From Verrucomicrobiota bacterium (GTDB taxonomy: Bacteria > Verrucomicrobiota > Verrucomicrobiia > CAIQCK01): a stretch of DNA of 64,000 nt. The translations under genes and the position numbers were made by a program. Positions within the stretch are counted from its first letter, which is position 1, and the number at the start of each line of letters is the position of its first letter. A model generated the notes under the pieces. The model searched no databases, had not been told where the DNA came from, and saw only the letters and a list, made by a program, of their open reading frames with translations. The DNA lies in contig JACRQF010000005.1 in assembly GCA_016222825.1 (NCBI GenBank), positions 73,511-137,510 of the forward strand, written 5' to 3'. Positions 60,001 to 64,000 of the stretch are shown one piece after another.

Positions 60001-63000
60001 TGAAGATCGTGCCGCCCGCGTTGAACTCGCCGAGGTTCTGAAGCGTGCCACTGATCAGGTTAAGGTTGTCAACCAAGCCGCCGCTGACGCCGATCTGGTG
60101 GCCGCTCATGTCCACCGTGCCGCCGTTGATGTTGATGGTGGCGACGCGGGTGGTGGCGCCGGCGCCGTCAACGCCAGTGATGATGTTGCTCAGCATCGTC
60201 AGCGAGGAGCTGCCGAGGACGTTGATCGTGCTATAGACCACGCTGCTGCGGCTGTTCTGGGTCAGCATGACGATGTTGCTCGCAACGGTCACCGCCGCAT
60301 CACCTGTGATGTTCAGGACGGCCATGTTGGTGCCGTAGTTGGTGCCGTAGCTCGTGCCCATCACGATGCCTTTGTCACCGATATTGACGACGCCGCCGCC
60401 CAGGTTGACGATGCCGGCAAAGCCGTTCTCTGTGCGGAACTGCCCGGCCGGACGGTTGCCAATCCGCATGCCGGTCGCGTCCAATGTGCCCATGTCGAAC
60501 GAGAAGATGTTCGTCGAGAGGCCCTGGCGATTCTCCTCACCCACGTTCAGCGTGCTCAAGAACAGGTCCACGGTGTGGCCTGTGAAGTCCACCGTGTTCG
60601 TGCCGCCCGCGGCAGTGCCGACGCTGCCCGCGCCAACGTTGAAGGCGGCCCTGCCGACGCCGTCAGCGGCGCGGACTGTCAGGATGCCCGTCGAGCCGTT
60701 GAACACCATGCTACCGAAGGAACGCCCGCCATTCGGCGAACCGACGTTAATGGTGTTCGCGTTGAGGATATTGGTGCCGCTGCCAAGCCTCATCACTTGC
60801 TGGCCAATCCGGTTGCCGTTGCCGAGGTAGAGGGTGTTCGCCGTAATGGTCGAGTTGCTCGCCAGCAGGACCGTGGAGCTGTCATTCACGTTCGCCTGGA
60901 GCGTTTGCATGTCGCCAACCGTGAACACGCCGGTTGCTCCGAGGTTGATGTTGGCCGTGGCCAGGCCGGACATGTCGAGCAGCGCCTGGATGCCGTTGCT
61001 GGTGTTGTCACCCGCGCTGACACGGAAGGACGTGCCGGTAACAATAAAGCTGCCAGCGCCACTCATGACCAGCTTTGAGAAGCCGCCGTTCGTCGGCGCG
61101 CCGCTGAACGCATCCACACCCAGTTTCACGTTGCCGAGAACGGTGAGTTGCTGGCCGCTGCCGATGGCGATGCTGTTGGTGGCGTAGTAGTTGGTCGTCG
61201 CGACAATCAGACCGCCAATCTGCTGGCTAAAGAGGCTCAAATCGAGCGCGCCAGCCATGTTAGGGCTGTTCGTGTTGTCGCCAAACGTAACGATGCTGTT
61301 GGTCCAGAGGGTGTTGTTGGCGCCGATCTGGAGCGTGCCACCCAGGATATGCATATTCGTGAAAGTGTTCGCGCCAGAGAGGCTCAGCGTGCCCGTGCCG
61401 AGCTTGCTAAGCGCCGGGCCGCTGACGACGCCACTGATCACGCCCGTAGCGGCATGGACGCTGATCGTGCGGTTGAAGCCAGCAAGGTCGAGGCCGTTGG
61501 CGAAGGTCAGGGTATCATTGGCGCTGGCCGCGTTCAGGATGAGATTGGTCGGAGCGAAGAAGGTGCTGCCCCAAACCAGCGTGGTGCCGCCGCCGAGCGT
61601 GACCGTGACCGGCGCGCCATACGCGCTGAAACCTGCCGCGCCCGCGAGCGACACGGCGTTGTTGGTCGCGCCAATGTCGCGGGTGAACGCCGCGCCCATC
61701 TCGATGACGCCGCCGTTGAGCACCAGGTTGCTGGCGGTGCTGAGACCGACTCCGTTGTCAGCGCGCAGGACGCCGTTGCTGACATAGGTGCTGCCGCCGT
61801 AGGTGTTGACGTTGGTCAGCACCGTGACGCCCGTGCCAATCTGGGCAATGTAGCCGGTGCCATTGATGAAGTTGCCGAATGTGTTCGTAAAGGCACTGTT
61901 GAAGAACAACGCCGCGTTGTCGGCAATCATGCCGCTGCCCAAGAGGCCGCCGGCGCTGATCTGCAGGATGCCCTCGCTGATGACAGTCGGGCCGACGTAG
62001 GTGTTCGTCGCGGTAAGGGTCAGCGTGCCCGCGCCGAGCTTGGTCAAGCCACCGTCCACGTTGGTGCCCAACAACGCCGTGCCGGCCACTGCCGCGTAGG
62101 TCGGACCGCCCTGGCCCGCGAAGCCGGGCATGACGAGCTGAATGATCGGCGCGTTGGTGTAACCCGTGCCGGGGCTGGTGACAACGATGTTCGTGACCGA
62201 GCCGCTGACCGGGTCAATCTGCGCATAGGCCGTCGCATTGCTGCCGCCGCCGCCCGTGAACTTCACGATCGGCGGGGCCATATAGCCGGCGCCGCCATAG
62301 GCCACCGGGATGTTGATGATGCCGTAGCCATCCGCGGCAAGCAGCGCCTGGGCGATGGTCATGCTGAGGTTCGTGGTGTCAATGACCGCGCCGCCGTCAT
62401 AGACATAGGCCTGGCCGCCGTTGGTGAAGGTGAAGGTCGAGCCAGCCGCCGCGGCCTTCAGCGTGCCGCCGTCGAAGTTGAACACGTCACCGCTGCCGGC
62501 CCCTTGCTCAACCACCGAGGCGATGATGGTGCCGCCGTCCGACAGGTTCACGACGCCCGCTGCGTTGGCGTTCCAGCCGAGCCTGATGCCGCCACCGGTT
62601 GCGTTGACGACGCCGCTGCCGCCCACATTGAGCACGCCATAGCCACTACCCGCATCGCCAACGATCAGGCGATTGGCCGTCTGATTGAAGGTGCCGCCCA
62701 TGACGTTCAGGACACCCATGTAGCCACCCGCAAAACTTAGCGTGGTGTTCTGGTTGTTGGTGACGATGCCGCCCGTCATGTCCATCTGGCCCCACGTGCC
62801 CGAGCCGATACGGATCGGGTTGTTGCTGTTCACCAACAAGCCGCCGCTGAGGTTGTAGTAGCCGAAGCCGCCGGCTGTCTCGCCGATGGCCCAGTCGCCA
62901 CCACCAGACCGGCTCTGAACCAGGCCGCCAGTCTGGTTAAACACCGCCACCGCGTTGGCGGCCCTGGCCATGCGCAACCTCTGAATCTGCACCAACGCGT

Positions 63001-64000
63001 TGTCCTGCACGTTGACCACCGCCAAGCCGTTGCCGGTATCCATCATGTTGAAGTCGCTCGCGACAGCAATCAACTGGCCGTTGCCGCGCACAGTCAGCGT
63101 GGCAACATCGCCGCCCGTTTGGCCAATGCTAATGCCGGTGGCGAGTCGAAGGACCGCGCCAGTTTCCACGATCGTCGTGCCCTGCCTCAACCGCGGCACC
63201 GCGGTAAGCGTGCTACCCGAGGCGTTGCTGAAGATCAGCGTGCCGGTGCCCCACTTGGTAAGGTCCGGCGTGCCGGCGCTATTGGTCAGATAACCCGCCA
63301 GAACTGCCGTGCCACCCGCGACGTTGATGACGCGCGCGGCATTGGTAACGTCAATCGGGTTCACGAAGGTAATCACACCACTGGTGGTGCTGGTGCCCAG
63401 GACAAGCGCGCTAGGCGCGAAGAAGTTGTTCGTGTTCCACTGGACGAGCGCGCCAGCGCCGCCGAAGTTGATCGTCAGGTTGCCATTGGTGGTGCTGAAC
63501 CCGCTGGCCGCGCCGGCCGCCAACTGAATCTTGCCTGCGCCAATGCCGAGGGCGCTGGTCAGGTTGCCGCCGCCCAGAACCTCGAAGACGCCGCCGGTCA
63601 GCATCAGGTTGGCGGTGTTCGGCATACCGATGTTGGTGGCCGCGCGGAAGGTGCCACCGATGACAGCGAGGCTGCCGGTGAAGGCGTTGTAGTTGGTGAA
63701 CTGGACCACACCGTAGCCGCCGACCGGGCCAATGATCACGTTCGTGTTCCCGCCGATGGTCGGCGCGAAGTCGAGCGTGCCGCTGCCGCCACCCAGCAAC
63801 AGCGTGTTGGTGCCGAGGCCGAGGTTGACCGAGAGGACGCTGTTCGTCCAGGTCTTAAGCTCGCCGGAGTAGGTCCAGGTGCCGTCCGCCGCGCCGAGGA
63901 AGGCGTTGCTGAGCCAGTTGTAGTTGCGGTAAGCGCCGTAGGCGTTTGTGAAGTTGAAGTTCAACGCATTCGTGCTGTGGTTGCCCAGGACGATCGCGCC
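57041..64000 (-). CDS. Giant (over 2300 aa, 5' end beyond window) autotransporter-associated beta-strand-repeat protein with C-terminal PEP-CTERM sorting signal
   Basis: Highly repetitive G/T/N/S-rich beta-strand repeats. C-terminus ...IVFVPEPSTGVLIGLGLAALAGSRRRKKAARC has the VPEP motif, a TM helix and an Arg-rich tail. Confidence 0.8.
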   Translation of the reverse strand, partial: GAIVLGNHSTNALNFNFTNAYGAYRNYNWLSNAFLGAADGTWTYSGELKTWTNSVLSVNLGLGTNTLLLGGGSGTLDFAPTIGGNTNVIIGPVGGYGVVQFTNYNAFTGSLAVIGGTFRAATNIGMPNTANLMLTGGVFEVLGGGNLTSALGIGAGKIQLAAGAASGFSTTNGNLTINFGGAGALVQWNTNNFFAPSALVLGTSTTSGVITFVNPIDVTNAARVINVAGGTAVLAGYLTNSAGTPDLTKWGTGTLIFSNASGSTLTAVPRLRQGTTIVETGAVLRLATGISIGQTGGDVATLTVRGNGQLIAVASDFNMMDTGNGLAVVNVQDNALVQIQRLRMARAANAVAVFNQTGGLVQSRSGGGDWAIGETAGGFGYYNLSGGLLVNSNNPIRIGSGTWGQMDMTGGIVTNNQNTTLSFAGGYMGVLNVMGGTFNQTANRLIVGDAGSGYGVLNVGGSGVVNATGGGIRLGWNANAAGVVNLSDGGTIIASVVEQGAGSGDVFNFDGGTLKAAAAGSTFTFTNGGQAYVYDGGAVIDTTNLSMTIAQALLAADGYGIINIPVAYGGAGYMAPPIVKFTGGGGSNATAYAQIDPVSGSVTNIVVTSPGTGYTNAPIIQLVMPGFAGQGGPTYAAVAGTALLGTNVDGGLTKLGAGTLTLTATNTYVGPTVISEGILQISAGGLLGSGMIADNAALFFNSAFTNTFGNFINGTGYIAQIGTGVTVLTNVNTYGGSTYVSNGVLRADNGVGLSTASNLVLNGGVIEMGAAFTRDIGATNNAVSLAGAAGFSAYGAPVTVTLGGGTTLVWGSTFFAPTNLILNAASANDTLTFANGLDLAGFNRTISVHAATGVISGVVSGPALSKLGTGTLSLSGANTFTNMHILGGTLQIGANNTLWTNSIVTFGDNTNSPNMAGALDLSLFSQQIGGLIVATTNYYATNSIAIGSGQQLTVLGNVKLGVDAFSGAPTNGGFSKLVMSGAGSFIVTGTSFRVSAGDNTSNGIQALLDMSGLATANINLGATGVFTVGDMQTLQANVNDSSTVLLASNSTITANTLYLGNGNRIGQQVMRLGSGTNILNANTINVGSPNGGRSFGSMVFNGSTGILTVRAADGVGRAAFNVGAGSVGTAAGGTNTVDFTGHTVDLFLSTLNVGEENRQGLSTNIFSFDMGTLDATGMRIGNRPAGQFRTENGFAGIVNLGGGVVNIGDKGIVMGTSYGTNYGTNMAVLNITGDAAVTVASNIVMLTQNSRSSVVYSTINVLGSSSLTMLSNIITGVDGAGATTRVATININGGTVDMSGHQIGVSGGLVDNLNLISGTLQNLGEFNAGGTIFKTNAGLFTLAGSNSYSGATIVTNGTLILAGSVVNSVSLGVTNATVNFDGTNHAFGTMAFGNGAIINFARGDVSSGEMDFRGSAIWTVTNGFAGNTSLGSLLVNNSASPVWNLSGSTVNMANLFGYAAGGGGSLWITNGALNVSSTVSNRMTMTISNAVVNANRFVNGDTTDRALTNYGVLTVAGAIVNQGGSTLENAGAITAGVLQVTSGIITNTGSIAAGAVTNSGSIFVTGGSLTVSGSITNTASGNLNVVNGIVRAGNLYGGIFLDPSTGYFGNVVLDNDHYTIVDAGSAMHLSGNMDNQLTNRVAEGSTLAPTWYGFQGTFLFTNAPSAGAEGTQQVEVASIRTEEASMATTNFFIGSFVVGDPATGNKTYVQLVDNRVNAPADAVLPSSEILAASNLLIWTSSTVDWNNRSGFAYNLSNAGTMLWTNAGNPDGTVVRLDVVNTFTNRGLMEIGNGTVLQMSNAFLNGSTANIALFNGGVLTNFATGGVLTNSGTIYGDGLVAPAISNGVGGVVAAVTGHLLLSGGIADNVNYGMLAATNSGSTLSVNNALLTNASGATIGLAGGTFTMVGAGSNVVNHGSVAGFGTVAAVIGTEADGTVVATGGVLNLTAGFTNGVAGTPVNAGLLAALGVNSELVLNQAITNVGSIQLNNATAVFTAPSVNNAGAISGHGTFNSALDNAGTVTSGNSGQTLTFSQSVNNQAVGTMTAQNGGSFWFSNAVANAGSITVRDAGTATFGGAVTNNGTINVQGQSTLRFTAGLTNNGTLAFGPTVSPSTAIITGTLLIGQNGVITMGSLTNNTLVVQGDFLNRSTNNQASDTRNGTVVVGGTTPLTGLGAATNTFEVAGNDMGAVYAGFNTNFAIGTLNITNHTSFVGNGLSGDPAQYVDVLHLFSGATMKLSALTIYVGTQFIYEDSNGMKVFNGGAGDAITAANKDSLGLANVFLDAGGQIVFVPEPSTGVLIGLGLAALAGSRRRKKAARC

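Overview
This 64-kb window is high-GC, and the gene content (PEP-CTERM giant beta-strand-repeat protein, many Tat-signal Gfo/Idh/MocA oxidoreductases, FGE-sulfatase and PSCyt-like CxxCH secreted giants) suggests Verrucomicrobiota or Planctomycetota. Most of it is ordinary chromosome. On the minus strand there is a dhaK-dhaL-aldolase-sucC-sucD cluster and an rpsB-tsf-pyrH-frr operon. There is also an ECF sigma/anti-sigma module, a carbohydrate locus (GH78 rhamnosidase, TetR, three Gfo/Idh/MocA paralogs including a tandem duplicate, ThuA-like, sugar-phosphate isomerase), an NO-detox pair (qNOR norZ and hcp) preceded by an FNR/Dnr-type palindrome, and a Ser/Thr kinase with an FHA partner. Three paralogous giant secreted proteins share a TolB-like propeller and CxxCH region.

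The accessory content has three parts. First, the window opens with an IS481-family transposase carrying a frameshift in an A-run. It is followed by a HepT/MntA (HEPN/MNT) toxin-antitoxin pair wedged into the 3' tail of sucD and flanked by diverged ~110-bp direct copies of the lysine-rich tail-coding sequence.

Second, my best candidate for an undescribed system is a compositionally foreign ~2.3-kb islet at 8.69-11.04 kb. Its G+C is clearly lower than the flanks. It carries two translationally coupled minus-strand genes: an unknown 160-aa protein and a 248-aa protein whose C-terminus has an R-x4-H, Abi_C/HEPN-like motif. Next to them lie an alternative-pairing triple inverted repeat and a 21-bp-phased array of nine AAGATGTTT motifs, four of them extended into 33-bp palindromes.

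Third, a family of intergenic elements built from inverted pairs of tandem heptanucleotide arrays occurs at least five times, four of them punctuating the dha-fba-suc cluster. The units are TGGTRAY-like, CGTGATT or TTAAGAG, but the architecture is the same.

Other notable items are a (GGATTTT)~5 heptanucleotide SSR inside a 1324-aa ORF, a degenerate 15-unit 21-bp tandem array upstream of a DUF4062-like-TM-TPR protein, and a small low-GC ORF inside the Gfo cluster. I found no tRNA, rRNA or CRISPR by eye.
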